From NCBI GenBank assembly GCA_965140705.1, contig OZ223302.1:256001-320000 (forward strand): a DNA stretch of 64,000 nucleotides. Direction: 5' to 3'. Source of the DNA: an uncultured Arcobacter sp. Its GTDB lineage: Bacteria > Campylobacterota > Campylobacteria > Campylobacterales > Arcobacteraceae. Made by a program: the position numbers and the translations under genes. Below, piece after piece: positions 1-14,737 of this stretch (the stretch's first letter is position 1; each line of letters begins with the position of its first letter). The notes below the pieces were generated by a model that saw only the letters and a list, made by a program, of their open reading frames with translations, was not told the origin of the DNA and made no database searches.

Positions 1-2580
<2,580 letters not shown>

Positions 2581-2856
2581 AATTTGTATAACTAAATCTC
2601 TTTAGTTACCTTTTTGATAATTATTCCTTGGCTACTATCTTATTAAATACAATATTTAATAAAACAGTAATTGTGTGTTTAAATTGTTTTCTATTTTAAT
2701 TAAAATAACTTTCATTATTCCAATTCGAAAAAATTTTAAAGACTTTAACATTAAATTTTTAAATAACATTTTGATTCGAAAACCAAATATAAATCTTATA
2801 TTTAAGACTTATATTTAGTTTTTTATCTCTGTTCTACTTGGTTTAGGTGCTAATGT

Positions 2857-2932
2857 TGGTGGAGAATAGCGGGATCGAACCGCTGACCTCCTGCGTGCAA
2901 GGCAGGCGCTCTCCCAGCTGAGCTAATTCCCC
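2857..2932 (-). tRNA. tRNA-Ala(TGC)
   Basis: RC reads GGGGAATTAGCTCAGCTGGGAGAGCGCCTGCCTTGCACGCAGG...TTCTCCACCA; located in the rrn spacer. Confidence 0.98.
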
Positions 2933-2954
2933 AACAAAGATTATCTTCTTCTCA

Positions 2955-3031
2955 TGGTGGGCCTACCAGGACTTGAACCTGGGACCTCACGATTATCAGT
3001 CGAGCGCTCTAGCCAGCTGAGCTATAGGCCC
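2955..3031 (-). tRNA. tRNA-Ile(GAT)
   Basis: RC reads GGGCCTATAGCTCAGCTGGCTAGAGCGCTCGACTGATAATCG...GGCCCACCA. Confidence 0.98.
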
Positions 3032-3138
3032 ATTCTTCACCTATTATTTCAATAACCTTTACAAACCGAATATGATATTGGATATTTACCCATTGTTTAT
3101 TTCTTGAGAAGATAAACGAATATCTTCTCATTACTCTG

Positions 3139-4654
<1,516 letters not shown>

Positions 4655-4784
4655 AATGTTTAGTTTAATCATGACTAGTGTCTAACTCTTTTATTCAACT
4701 TCCGAAAAAGTTAATTGCAATTGTTTACTGACATTACTCATTGTTTTTTTAATAGACGAGAATTGTATAAATTCTCTTGTTTTA

Positions 4785-4810
4785 TATCATATTCGGTTTA
4801 TAAAAGTTAC
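4785..4810 (-). other. Leader arm of the 16S processing stem (pairs with ~3052-3077)
   Basis: tatcatattcggttt in the leader is complementary to aaaccgaatatgata just past the 16S 3' end, as expected for an RNase III stem. Confidence 0.8.
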
Positions 4811-4830
4811 TTACTTCTTTAAACCGTAGT

Positions 4831-4843
4831 TTGTTAAAGAACA
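4831..4843 (-). promoter_or_regulatory. rrn boxA antiterminator
   Basis: RC is TGTTCTTTAACAA, in the rrn leader. Confidence 0.85.
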
Positions 4844-4882
4844 TCAACTCTTCGCGACGTTTGTCACTCAAATTGGACGGGA

Positions 4883-4911
4883 ATTATAATAGGTTTTTTT
4901 GCCTTTGTCAA
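4883..4911 (-). promoter_or_regulatory. sigma70 promoter of the rrn operon
   Basis: RC gives TTGACA (4911-4906), a 17-nt spacer and TATAAT (4888-4883). Confidence 0.9.
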
Positions 4912-4948
4912 GAGCTACATATTAATTGTAGCTTAAATTTTGAAATTT

Positions 4949-5590
4949 TTAGAGTTTTTCTATAAATCCAGTATTTGCATATATTTTAATACCCACTATA
5001 TCCCCTTTTTTAGATGTGAAATTTATTATACAATCTTCATTTAATAAATATGAGGATGCATCGTTTTCTTCTGTACTTAACTTTGAATAGACTTTTCCAT
5101 CACTTCCAAAAGATAATTGTCCTATTGAAGAAGTAGTACTATTGCATGTCATGGTTATATTTTTTATTCCAAATTTTTTAGTTAATAAGACATATTCACT
5201 ATTTGAATTATTTTCTTCACACTTATTTGAAGAATAAATATATTTTTTTGTCAATGGGTCTTTTAAACTCTCATCAGCATTTGGATGTCCTTTCATATTT
5301 ATATCACTAAATATAGAATAATAAACACCACCTACACTTTCACTACAATTGAAAAACTTCAATGTCCATCTTTTTCTAAACCATTTAGGATTTGATACAT
5401 CATATTTATCATCAATAAAAGCTTGAAGCCTTGTTTGATTTAGATATAGAATTAATCTATCAATTGCTACTTTAAATTCTGGTTGATTATTTTTTGGAAA
5501 AAGTGAATATGAGAAATATGATATTAGAAGTATTACAAATATAAGTTCAAATAAAAAGTATGATTTTTTATTGTTTAATTTTTTGTACAT
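4949..5590 (-). CDS. Prepilin/type II secretion pseudopilin-like protein
   Basis: Basic leader KKS, then YFLFE (E+5) and a hydrophobic helix; Cys residues in the globular part. Confidence 0.65.
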   Translation of the reverse strand: MYKKLNNKKSYFLFELIFVILLISYFSYSLFPKNNQPEFKVAIDRLILYLNQTRLQAFIDDKYDVSNPKWFRKRWTLKFFNCSESVGGVYYSIFSDINMKGHPNADESLKDPLTKKYIYSSNKCEENNSNSEYVLLTKKFGIKNITMTCNSTTSSIGQLSFGSDGKVYSKLSTEENDASSYLLNEDCIINFTSKKGDIVGIKIYANTGFIEKL

Positions 5591-6767
5591 AGATATCTAA
5601 TAAATCTTTATTAAAATATTTTATTGTAAATTTATTATCATATTTTATAGGACTATATAAAGATACAAAGTAATCATTACCTTTAACGATACCATAAAAC
5701 TCCAATCTCTTTTGTAGTTTTCGATCAAAAGTTCTTATATTATTAATATTATTTTCTTTTAAAATATTTGCAATATCTTTTGCAAAAGAATAATTATAAG
5801 CAAAATGTTTTTCTGGATTATCTAAAATCAAATAGAGTGGTTTATTATATAAAAGTAAAAAAGTATTAATGAAAAGTAAAAAAAGAGCTATCTTCACAAT
5901 ATTATAATGAAGTTTTCTAAATTCAGGTAATCTAACCCTAAGGGAATGCATAAAAAGTTTTAACATGATTGGAATAGATATTACAACATATGGGGCAAAG
6001 TCTTCTATATATACTTTTTGTCTAAAAGAAAAAAGAAGTGAAAATATCATAGCAGTAATTGATATGTACCAATAAATAGAATGTGTTCCTTTCACTCCAA
6101 CTCTATATAAGGAATAAAAGAAATATAAGAAGATTAAAGGAGAAAATATAGAAGCATATATTCCAAATGTATCTAAGAGATAACTTCTTGGTTTTCCTGT
6201 TGCATCGAAACCATAAATATACATTGATAAACCAAATAAAACTAAAGATATAACTAATAGCTTATTTTCATTTTTACTCAATGAATAAAAAAATAAAGCC
6301 AAAAATAAGATGGCAAAGGAGTTATCAACAAATAAAAAGAAAACTAATAAATAATAGTTATGTTTTGAATAGAGTTTATAATAATACAAGTAAACTAAAG
6401 TACAAAAAATAACAACAATAGAGCTATTTATTAGTAAAGCAGCACTAACAACTCCAGGAAGAAACATAAATATAAGCACATTAACTAATCTATCTATCTC
6501 TCTTTTAAAATAGTTTTTCGTAAGTAGATACATTAAAATAACACTCAAAACATAAAGAATAATAAAAGGGAGTCTAATAGCTATATCATTATTACCTAAA
6601 AAATATGTACTAGATTTTGTTATATAAGATAAAACAGATTTATTCACTAAAACATTTAGTGCCTCATTATATGAGATGCTTAAACCATTGGCAACAAAAA
6701 TTAGTACAACAAAAAAGCTGGCTAGTGTAAATCCAAAGATGTAGTTGTAAAATTTTTGTTTAATCAT
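5568..6767 (-). CDS. ArnT/PMT-like (GT-C) membrane glycosyltransferase
   Basis: Polytopic membrane protein with S-Y-N-E-A after TM1 and an IRLPF motif. Confidence 0.65.
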   Translation of the reverse strand: MIKQKFYNYIFGFTLASFFVVLIFVANGLSISYNEALNVLVNKSVLSYITKSSTYFLGNNDIAIRLPFIILYVLSVILMYLLTKNYFKREIDRLVNVLIFMFLPGVVSAALLINSSIVVIFCTLVYLYYYKLYSKHNYYLLVFFLFVDNSFAILFLALFFYSLSKNENKLLVISLVLFGLSMYIYGFDATGKPRSYLLDTFGIYASIFSPLIFLYFFYSLYRVGVKGTHSIYWYISITAMIFSLLFSFRQKVYIEDFAPYVVISIPIMLKLFMHSLRVRLPEFRKLHYNIVKIALFLLFINTFLLLYNKPLYLILDNPEKHFAYNYSFAKDIANILKENNINNIRTFDRKLQKRLEFYGIVKGNDYFVSLYSPIKYDNKFTIKYFNKDLLDIYVQKIKQ

Positions 6768-7336
6768 TATATTTTTAAGAAATTACCAATTATTTCATAT
6801 CCATGTTCACTCATGATTGATTCTGGATGAAATTGAACTCCATATATTTTTTTACCCTCAATCTCTAAAGACATAATTTCATCATCATCTAAACTTTTAG
6901 AGGTAACTTTAATACAAGATGGTAAATTATTCTGTTCAACTGTTAAAGAGTGATATCTAGTTTCAGTAAATTCATTTGGCAATCCATTAAATAAAATTGT
7001 ATCACTTAAAACTTCTATTTTTGAAATTTTCCCATGCATCATATTATCTGCTCTTACAACTTTTGCTCCAAATGCCTGTGCAATACTTTGATGCCCTAGG
7101 CAAATACCAAATATTGGTTTTTTGTCAGCAAAATATTCAATAACCTCTAAACATATCCCTGCATCATCTGGAGTTGCAGGTCCTGGAGAGATTATTATCT
7201 TTTCAGGATTTAGTTTTACTATTTCTTCTACGCTTAATTCATCATTTCTTATTACTTTTAAATCAGCACCTAACTCTAAACAATATTGCACAATATTGTA
7301 AGTAAAAGAGTCATAATTATCAATCATTAATATCAT
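6767..7336 (-). CDS. pabA: Anthranilate/aminodeoxychorismate synthase component II (glutamine amidotransferase)
   Basis: IDNYDSFTYN, SPGP, GICLGHQ and QFHPES motifs; could equally be trpG. Confidence 0.9.
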   Translation of the reverse strand: MILMIDNYDSFTYNIVQYCLELGADLKVIRNDELSVEEIVKLNPEKIIISPGPATPDDAGICLEVIEYFADKKPIFGICLGHQSIAQAFGAKVVRADNMMHGKISKIEVLSDTILFNGLPNEFTETRYHSLTVEQNNLPSCIKVTSKSLDDDEIMSLEIEGKKIYGVQFHPESIMSEHGYEIIGNFLKI

Positions 7337-7480
7337 CTAACATTTGTCCTTGACTATTTTTTTAATAGATTATTTTATAGACAAATATTATAACCACTAT
7401 TAAATTGTTTTTAAATTAATTTATTTTTTACTAATAAAATCTTTTATAAGAATAAAAAATTTAGTTAGTTTAGCAATTAC

Positions 7481-7495
7481 TGATAATCATTCTTA
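7481..7495. promoter_or_regulatory. Fur box upstream of the Fe3+ ABC operon
   Basis: TGATAATCATTCTTA, two mismatches to TGATAATnATTATCA. Confidence 0.7.
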
Positions 7496-7574
7496 TTATT
7501 AAGGATAAGCAAAGTTGTTTTTATTTATAATCATCATTTTAAAATTACTATTAATATACTAAAAGGATTTTCAT

Positions 7575-8582
7575 ATGTTAAAAATTTTTATACCAATTAT
7601 ATTACTCCTAGTAAGCTCACTTTATGCAAGTGGTGAAGTAAATGTTTATTCACATAGGCACTATGATACAGATAAAAAAATATTTAAACTATTTGAAAAA
7701 GAGACAGGTATCAAGGTAAATGTCGTAAAAGCGATGGCAGATGAATTAATAAAAAGAATGGAAACAGAAGGGGATAAATCTCCTGCAGATGTTCTTATTA
7801 CTGTTGATGCTGCTGGTTTATATAAAGCTAAAACAAAAGGTTTATTACAACCTATAAAATCAGATTATTTAGAAAAAAATATTCCAAAAAACTTAAGAGA
7901 TAAAGATAATGAATGGTTTGGTGTAACAATAAGAGCAAGAGTTGCAGTTTATAAAAAAGGTGAAGGGATAGGAAAAGAGTTATCAACATATGAAGATTTA
8001 GCTGATCCCAAATATAAGGGTCAAATTATGGTTAGATCTTCAAACAATGTATATAACCAATCATTATTGGCAGCTGTTGTAGCTCACCATGGAAAAGAAT
8101 ATGCATTAAAATGGGCTAAAGGAATAGTTGCAAATATGGCAAGAAGTCCAAAGGGTGATGATATGTATCAAGTAAAAGCTATCGCTTATGGTATTGGTAA
8201 AATTGGAATTGTAAATACATACTATGTTGGAAAAATGTATGGAAGTAAAAATTTATCAGATGTTGATGCTGTAAATAAAGTGAAAATATTTTTTCCTAAA
8301 TTTGAAGATGGGGGAACTCATATAAACATAAGTGGAGCAGGAGTTGCAAGATACTCACCAAATAAAGCAAATGCAATAAAATTTATAGAATTTTTAGCAA
8401 GTCCAGAGGCACAAAAACTTTTTGCTGAAGAAAATTATGAATATCCTGTTTTAAAAAGTGTAAAAGAAGCAGCAGTTGATAAATCTTGGGGAACATTTAC
8501 TCCTGATAATATTTCACTTGAAGAATTAGGTAAACACAATGCTGAAGCAGTAAGAATATTTGATTCAGCTGGTTGGAAATAA
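7575..8582 (+). CDS. fbpA: Fe3+ ABC transporter substrate-binding protein (FutA/FbpA family)
   Basis: Signal peptide; YSHRHY, SPADVLITVD, YNQSL, NTYY and HINISG motifs. Confidence 0.92.
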   Translation: MLKIFIPIILLLVSSLYASGEVNVYSHRHYDTDKKIFKLFEKETGIKVNVVKAMADELIKRMETEGDKSPADVLITVDAAGLYKAKTKGLLQPIKSDYLEKNIPKNLRDKDNEWFGVTIRARVAVYKKGEGIGKELSTYEDLADPKYKGQIMVRSSNNVYNQSLLAAVVAHHGKEYALKWAKGIVANMARSPKGDDMYQVKAIAYGIGKIGIVNTYYVGKMYGSKNLSDVDAVNKVKIFFPKFEDGGTHINISGAGVARYSPNKANAIKFIEFLASPEAQKLFAEENYEYPVLKSVKEAAVDKSWGTFTPDNISLEELGKHNAEAVRIFDSAGWK

Positions 8583-8599
8583 GAAAGGTTTTACAATAA

Positions 8600-10177
8600 T
8601 TGAAATATCTCAATAAATTAACGATAAGTAGTCTTTTTTTAACTCTACTTATCTCTATGCCAACACTATTTATTTTATCAAATATATTTGTAACTACTCC
8701 AAATTGGACACACTTAGTAGATACAGTATTATTAGGATATATACTTAATTCATTGTACATCATGGTTGGTGTTGCAATTCTAACTTCAATTATGGGGTTT
8801 ACAACTGCTTATATAACTTCATTTTTTACTTTTTCAGGCTCTAACTTTTTCCATTATGCACTAATTCTTCCCTTTGCAATACCAACTTATATTGTTTCTT
8901 ATGCTTATGGAGGTATGTTTGATATAACAGGAAGTGTTACAACTTTTATTTTGCACCTACTTGGTAAAAACTTAGGAGAGGTTTACTTCTTCGATATTAT
9001 GTCAATAGAAGGTGCTATTTTAGTAATGTCATTTGTTTTATATCCATATGTATACTTAATCTCAAAAACATACTTAAACTCTGAATCTTCTTCTATAGTT
9101 GATGCTTCAAAAACAATGGGACTTACAAACTTTCAAATATTTTATAAGGTTATTATTCCAATATCAAGACCAGCAATCGTAGCAGGTGTTATTTTAGCAG
9201 TTATGGAAGCTGTTTCTGATTTTGGGGTTATGGATTATTATGGAGTTTCTACTTTTGTAACAGGTATCTTTAGAACTTGGTTTGGAATGGGAAGTGTTGA
9301 AGATGCTTCAAAATTAGCTTCTATGCTTATGTTATTTATATTTGTATTAATCTTTTTAGAGAGATATCAAAGAAAAAACACACGATATAGAAGTGCAGGA
9401 AAAGATTTTAAACCAATCAAAAAAGAAAAACTAAGTGGATATAAAAATATATTAGCTTTTATTTTATGTTTTATTCCCTTTTTCTTAGGCTTTTTACTTC
9501 CTTTTTCTCAAATGAGTTATTGGTTTTATTTATCTTATAAATCAACTATAAATGATGATTTTTTAACTATCTTTTATCAAACTTTATCTTTAGGAATTGG
9601 AACATCTATTCTAATTACTTTTTTAGCCTTTGTTTTTACATATAATGTTAGGGTACACAAAAGTAAATTAGCAGATTATATAACACAAATATCAAAGCTT
9701 GGATACTCTATTCCAGGTTCAGTTATAGCTGTTGGAATTTTATCATTCTTTTTGATTATAAACAAAGCCTTTGATATCTTACTTGTGGGAAGTATTGTTG
9801 CTGTTATTTTTGGATATGTAGTTAGATTCTTAGCAATTTCAATCAACAACTATGAATCTGGATTTGCAAAGATACCTCAAACTTATGATGACGCTTGTAA
9901 AACTATGGATATAAGTACATTTGGAACTTTTTTTAGAGTAATATTCCCTTTGATAAAAAACTCAATAATTGTAAGCTTGATAATTATATTTATAGAAGTA
10001 ATAAAAGAGTTACCTTTAACTATGATATTGAGACCATTTAACTTTGATACACTTGCAGTATTTTCACATGAGTTAGTTGGGCAAGCCCAAATATTTGAAT
10101 CAAGTGTTCCGGCAATGTTTATTGTAATACTTGGAATTATATCTGTTTTAATTCTCGCAAAAAAAATGAAAAATTAA
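8600..10177 (+). CDS. fbpB: Fe3+ ABC transporter permease
   Basis: Duplicated permease domain with EAA-like loops; LPFAIPTY, SDFG, KELPLT. Confidence 0.92.
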   Translation: MKYLNKLTISSLFLTLLISMPTLFILSNIFVTTPNWTHLVDTVLLGYILNSLYIMVGVAILTSIMGFTTAYITSFFTFSGSNFFHYALILPFAIPTYIVSYAYGGMFDITGSVTTFILHLLGKNLGEVYFFDIMSIEGAILVMSFVLYPYVYLISKTYLNSESSSIVDASKTMGLTNFQIFYKVIIPISRPAIVAGVILAVMEAVSDFGVMDYYGVSTFVTGIFRTWFGMGSVEDASKLASMLMLFIFVLIFLERYQRKNTRYRSAGKDFKPIKKEKLSGYKNILAFILCFIPFFLGFLLPFSQMSYWFYLSYKSTINDDFLTIFYQTLSLGIGTSILITFLAFVFTYNVRVHKSKLADYITQISKLGYSIPGSVIAVGILSFFLIINKAFDILLVGSIVAVIFGYVVRFLAISINNYESGFAKIPQTYDDACKTMDISTFGTFFRVIFPLIKNSIIVSLIIIFIEVIKELPLTMILRPFNFDTLAVFSHELVGQAQIFESSVPAMFIVILGIISVLILAKKMKN

Positions 10178-10188
10178 TAAGGAATTTA

Positions 10189-11178
10189 ATGATTGGCATT
10201 AGTATAAAAAATTTTTCTATAGCTTTTGGAGACAATGAGATATTAAATGATATCTCTTTTGATGTTCAAGCTGGAGAAATAGTTACAATATTAGGACCTA
10301 GTGGTTGTGGTAAGAGTACTATTTTAAGAAGTATCTCCTCACTAGAAAGTGGTTACACTGGCTCTATATTTTTAAATGAAACATGTTTATTAAATGGAGC
10401 AAATAAGTGTAATAAAGATATTGGTTATATCTTTCAAGATTATGCTTTATTTCCCCATTTAAATGTAAAAGAAAATATAGAATTTGCACTATTTAAACTA
10501 AAAGCAAATGAGAGACAAAAAAGAGTTGATAAATTATTAAAACAATTCGACTTAGTAGAGCATAAAAATAAACAAATTCATGAATTAAGTGGTGGTCAGC
10601 AACAAAGGGTTTCAATAGCAAGGGTAATAGCCTATGAACCAAAGATATTACTACTTGATGAACCTTTTGCAAATCTTGATTCTATTTTAAGAGCAAAAAC
10701 AAAATTCTGGTTAAAAAACCTAATAAAAGAGTTGGGATTATCAGCTATTTTAGTTACCCATGACCAAAAAGAAGCTTTATCTATGTCTGATAAGATAGGA
10801 ATTATTCATAATAAAAGAATTGTGCAATTTGATACTCCAAAAAATATATATAAAAATCCAAATAGCTTTTATATTGCAAACTTTTTAGGGGAAGTTAATA
10901 CTTTACCAAAATTTATTGCAGAAGATTTAAATTTAGACTTGAGTAAAACAAGTATCATAAGAATACATGAAACAAAAATAACAAATAAAAAAAACAACTA
11001 CAAATTAAATATTGTAAACAGATTATATTGTGGTGAATATGAAGAAGTAATTCTTAGCTTTGAAAAAGAGTTAAAGTCTCAAATTAAGCTAAGAGTATAT
11101 ATAGATAGTGATATCTCTTTAGAAAAAGAGATATATTTAGATATAAATAAAGAAAAAATTATAGAAGTAAACAACTAA
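10189..11178 (+). CDS. fbpC: Fe3+ ABC transporter ATPase
   Basis: GPSGCGKS, FQDYALFPH, LSGGQQQRV, LLDEPF. Confidence 0.92.
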   Translation: MIGISIKNFSIAFGDNEILNDISFDVQAGEIVTILGPSGCGKSTILRSISSLESGYTGSIFLNETCLLNGANKCNKDIGYIFQDYALFPHLNVKENIEFALFKLKANERQKRVDKLLKQFDLVEHKNKQIHELSGGQQQRVSIARVIAYEPKILLLDEPFANLDSILRAKTKFWLKNLIKELGLSAILVTHDQKEALSMSDKIGIIHNKRIVQFDTPKNIYKNPNSFYIANFLGEVNTLPKFIAEDLNLDLSKTSIIRIHETKITNKKNNYKLNIVNRLYCGEYEEVILSFEKELKSQIKLRVYIDSDISLEKEIYLDINKEKIIEVNN

Positions 11179-11198
11179 AGTAGATTACTACTTTAGTT
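11173..11198. terminator. Hairpin between convergent genes, probably a bidirectional terminator
   Basis: aactaaagtag-atta-ctactttagtt. Confidence 0.65.
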
Positions 11199-13009
11199 TA
11201 TATTTGGAACTTAGAAATAAGTTCATCTGAGCAATCTAAAATCCCACGACTTCTCAAATCATCAATCACACTTTTTGTGCAATCAACATCATCAGGCCAT
11301 CTTCTTTGAAAATTATCATATGAGTTTTTATTTGTAGCATCAACACCTAAAGTATCATTTGCTATAAAGATATCTCTATTTGAATCAATATTATTACAAA
11401 CTCTCCAAATAAGCATGTAAGGATTGCTTACATCATTTTTAGCCTCATCTACTATGATTAATATTCTTAAGTGCTCATATAGAGGTTTAAGCTCTTCAAA
11501 TAGATACTTTTGGCTTCTAGTTTTATTTACAGTTATTATTGTAACTGGATTTTTTGTATATTTATAATATTGTTTTAGATTAATAATATCACTTGAAATA
11601 TCTTTCATCTTAGTTAATAGTTCATCATCAGCTAAAACTTTTACTCCACTATCACTTATCTCTTTTCCTGTACAATCAAGTCCTAGTTTTCCACCAACTG
11701 CGAATTTTGGACTTGAGTGATCAAGTGCATCAACTACACCCCTTGAGATAAAAAGATCATTTATATCTATTCTATTTAAAATGTGTTTTGTTATCTCTTC
11801 ATGATTTGTAAGTTCTGGGGCATCATGGTTTACAAAAATTGCATGTTTTACAAAACTCATTTGCCCTACTCCCCAAAATGCATGCATCATTTGACTTGCA
11901 TGTCCTGGGTATAGAGTTTTTATTTTAGCAATTATTAGATTATGAAAAACACCATTTTCAGGCATATAATAATCAATCAAATCAGGTGCTGTAGTTTTTA
12001 ACAAGGGTAAAAATATTCTCTCAGTTGCATGTCCCATATATTTATCTTCTAAAGGTGGCTTACCAACAACAGTTGCCAAAAACGTTGGTTTTACTTTACT
12101 TGTAATAGCTGTAACTTCCATAAAAGGATATTCTTCTTCTAAAGTATAGTAACCAGTATGGTCACCAAAAGGTCCTTCAATTCTCATTTTTGAAGGATCT
12201 ACAAAACCTTCTATTATAAAGTCATTGTCCCTTGGTACATATATATCATTTGTTATACTTTTTACAAGCTGTGCATTTTTATTTTTAACAAAACCATAAA
12301 GCATAAGTTCAAAAACTCCTATTGGTAAAGGTGCCTGTCCACACCAAATATACATAGGATCTCCACCAACACCTATTGATACTGGCATTTTTTTACCTGC
12401 AGCTTTATATTCATGGAAGAAGTGATTACTATCTTTATGTATTTGCCAATGCATACCTAAAGTATGGTCATCATAAACTTGAAGCCTATACATTCCTAAG
12501 TTTTTAAGTTCACCATTTAAACTAGTTGTATAAACTTGTCCCATAGTAATAAATGGTCCACCATCTTGCTCCCAAGTAGTCAAAATTGGTAAATCAGATA
12601 ATTTAGCCTCAGCGCCAAGTTTTATCACTTGTTGACATTCACCTTTTCCTTTATTTTTTTTAGGAATTGTGTTTTTAAGTGCAAATAATTTTCCGAAAGT
12701 TGAAAGTTTTTCACTAAAAGTTGTAGGTGGCTTCATTTTTAGTAAGCTTTCAATCTCATTTCCTATCTTATCTCCATCGCCAATGAAGAGTTTTACTGCT
12801 TTTTCATTACAAAATACATTCATCAATACTGGAATGTCAAATTTTTTTCCACTTTTTTTATCAATAGGATTTGTAAATAAAATTGCCTTTGAATCTTCTT
12901 TTTTAACCTCTACATATGAGATATGTGGTATCTCTAAGTAAATATCCAACTCATCATCAATCACTTTTAATAAATCATTTTTTCTAAGTAGCTCTATTGC
13001 TTTTTCCAT
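11198..13009 (-). CDS. mqnL: UbiD-family menaquinone biosynthesis decarboxylase (futalosine pathway)
   Basis: NLGMYRLQ, EGPFGDHTGYY, GKPPLED; about 600 aa with a duplicated C-terminal region. Confidence 0.85.
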   Translation of the reverse strand: MEKAIELLRKNDLLKVIDDELDIYLEIPHISYVEVKKEDSKAILFTNPIDKKSGKKFDIPVLMNVFCNEKAVKLFIGDGDKIGNEIESLLKMKPPTTFSEKLSTFGKLFALKNTIPKKNKGKGECQQVIKLGAEAKLSDLPILTTWEQDGGPFITMGQVYTTSLNGELKNLGMYRLQVYDDHTLGMHWQIHKDSNHFFHEYKAAGKKMPVSIGVGGDPMYIWCGQAPLPIGVFELMLYGFVKNKNAQLVKSITNDIYVPRDNDFIIEGFVDPSKMRIEGPFGDHTGYYTLEEEYPFMEVTAITSKVKPTFLATVVGKPPLEDKYMGHATERIFLPLLKTTAPDLIDYYMPENGVFHNLIIAKIKTLYPGHASQMMHAFWGVGQMSFVKHAIFVNHDAPELTNHEEITKHILNRIDINDLFISRGVVDALDHSSPKFAVGGKLGLDCTGKEISDSGVKVLADDELLTKMKDISSDIINLKQYYKYTKNPVTIITVNKTRSQKYLFEELKPLYEHLRILIIVDEAKNDVSNPYMLIWRVCNNIDSNRDIFIANDTLGVDATNKNSYDNFQRRWPDDVDCTKSVIDDLRSRGILDCSDELISKFQI

Positions 13010-13093
13010 ATTTTCCTCTAAGTAAACAAATAATTAGTATAAATCTTATATCATTTTATCAATAAATAATAGTTTATAATAGAGGTTTTACAT

Positions 13094-14242
13094 ATGTTTG
13101 ATAATATAATTGATAGAAAAAATAGTTCATGTGCTAAATATGATGATTTAGAACACTACTTTGGGAGAGCTGATTTAGATCCATTTTGGGTTGCTGACAT
13201 GGATTTTGAAATACCACCTTTTTTACAAGAGGCTATCAAAAAAAGAGCACAACACAATGTCTTTGGATATGGGAAACAAAATAAAGAGATATTTGAAGCA
13301 ATAAAAAACTGGATGAGTTCTCAACACCAATGGGAAATAGATACTTCTTCAATATCATTGTGTAATGGTGTAGTTCCAGCATATGCAGCTTGTATTGAAG
13401 CTTTTAGTAATATTGATGATGAAATAATAGTTCAAACTCCTGTTTATTTTCCTTTATTTCAATGTATCAAAGCAAATAATAGAAAAATCTTAGAAAATCC
13501 ATTAAAAGAAGATAATGGATACTATACAATGGATTTAGAGCACTTAAAAACAATTATTACACCAAAAACAAAGATGATAGCTTTATGTTCTCCCCACAAT
13601 CCAGTTGGAAGGGTTTGGGATAAAAAAGAGTTAGAAGACTTAGCAAATATTTGTATTGAAAATAATATCATTATTATAAGTGATGAAATACATGCTGATT
13701 TAGTATTCAAAAAATTCACTCCAATTGCCTCTATTAATAATAAAATTGCAAATATTACTGTAACCTTAAATTCTCCTGGAAAGACATTTAACATTGCAGG
13801 CTTAAATGCTTCATATTGTATCACTTTAAATGATAAGTTAAAAAATAAATTGGACAATATTATAAAACAAAGAGTAATTGGAAATATAAATGTTTTTGGT
13901 TTAATTGCTATGCAATGTGCATATGAAAATGGAACACAATGGTTAGAAAGTCTAAGAAAATACCTTGAATCTAATATTGATTTTACTATTGAAACACTTG
14001 AAAATAATAGTAAGATAAAAGTACATAAGCCCGAAGCTACGTATCTTATATGGTTAAACTTTGAAGAATATAATTTGCCACATCAAAAAATTAAAGAGCT
14101 ATTACTTAATGATTGTAAAGTTGCTTTAAATGATGGAATAAGCTTTGGAAAGAATGGAAAATATCACTTTAGATTTAATGTTGCAACTTCAAAAATTCAA
14201 CTTAAAAATGGTTTAAAAAAAGTTATTAATTTTAGCAAATAA
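13094..14242 (+). CDS. patB: PatB/MalY-family PLP-dependent C-S lyase
   Basis: WVADMDF, CSPHNPVGRVW, SDEIHADL, SPGKTFNIAGL. Confidence 0.9.
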   Translation: MFDNIIDRKNSSCAKYDDLEHYFGRADLDPFWVADMDFEIPPFLQEAIKKRAQHNVFGYGKQNKEIFEAIKNWMSSQHQWEIDTSSISLCNGVVPAYAACIEAFSNIDDEIIVQTPVYFPLFQCIKANNRKILENPLKEDNGYYTMDLEHLKTIITPKTKMIALCSPHNPVGRVWDKKELEDLANICIENNIIIISDEIHADLVFKKFTPIASINNKIANITVTLNSPGKTFNIAGLNASYCITLNDKLKNKLDNIIKQRVIGNINVFGLIAMQCAYENGTQWLESLRKYLESNIDFTIETLENNSKIKVHKPEATYLIWLNFEEYNLPHQKIKELLLNDCKVALNDGISFGKNGKYHFRFNVATSKIQLKNGLKKVINFSK

Positions 14243-14374
14243 AATAAAATAAAAAATAAAGTATTACCTTTTTTCTCACTTTTTTTACTTTGCTTTTTTT
14301 TGTAACAAATGCTAGCTATTTGAAATAAACTTAGTGTACAATCAACTTACATATTATTATGAAATGGATTAAGC

Positions 14375-14737
14375 ATGTCAAATGAACTATTATTGTCAGC
14401 AGCAATTTTTATTGTAATAGGTATTGTTGTAGTATCAATATTTATACTTTCAAAATTTGTTGGGCCTCGAAATAGAGAGGATAAATCAAAAAATACCGTT
14501 TATGAATCTGGGGTAAGTAACCCAGTTGGTGGAACTAAACTTCGGTTTAGTATCAAATTTTATTTAGTAGCAATTTTATTTGTACTATTTGATGTCGAAA
14601 TAATTTTTATGTTTCCATGGGCTGTAAATATTAGAGAACTAGGTTTTTTAGGTCTTGGTGAAATGTTTATGTTTATGGGACTATTATTTGCAGGTTTAAT
14701 TTACATCTATAAGAAAAAGGCATTATCATGGGAGTAG
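14375..14737 (+). CDS. nuoA: NADH-quinone oxidoreductase subunit A
   Basis: YESG, FYLVAILFVLFDVE, three TM helices. Confidence 0.97.
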   Translation: MSNELLLSAAIFIVIGIVVVSIFILSKFVGPRNREDKSKNTVYESGVSNPVGGTKLRFSIKFYLVAILFVLFDVEIIFMFPWAVNIRELGFLGLGEMFMFMGLLFAGLIYIYKKKALSWE

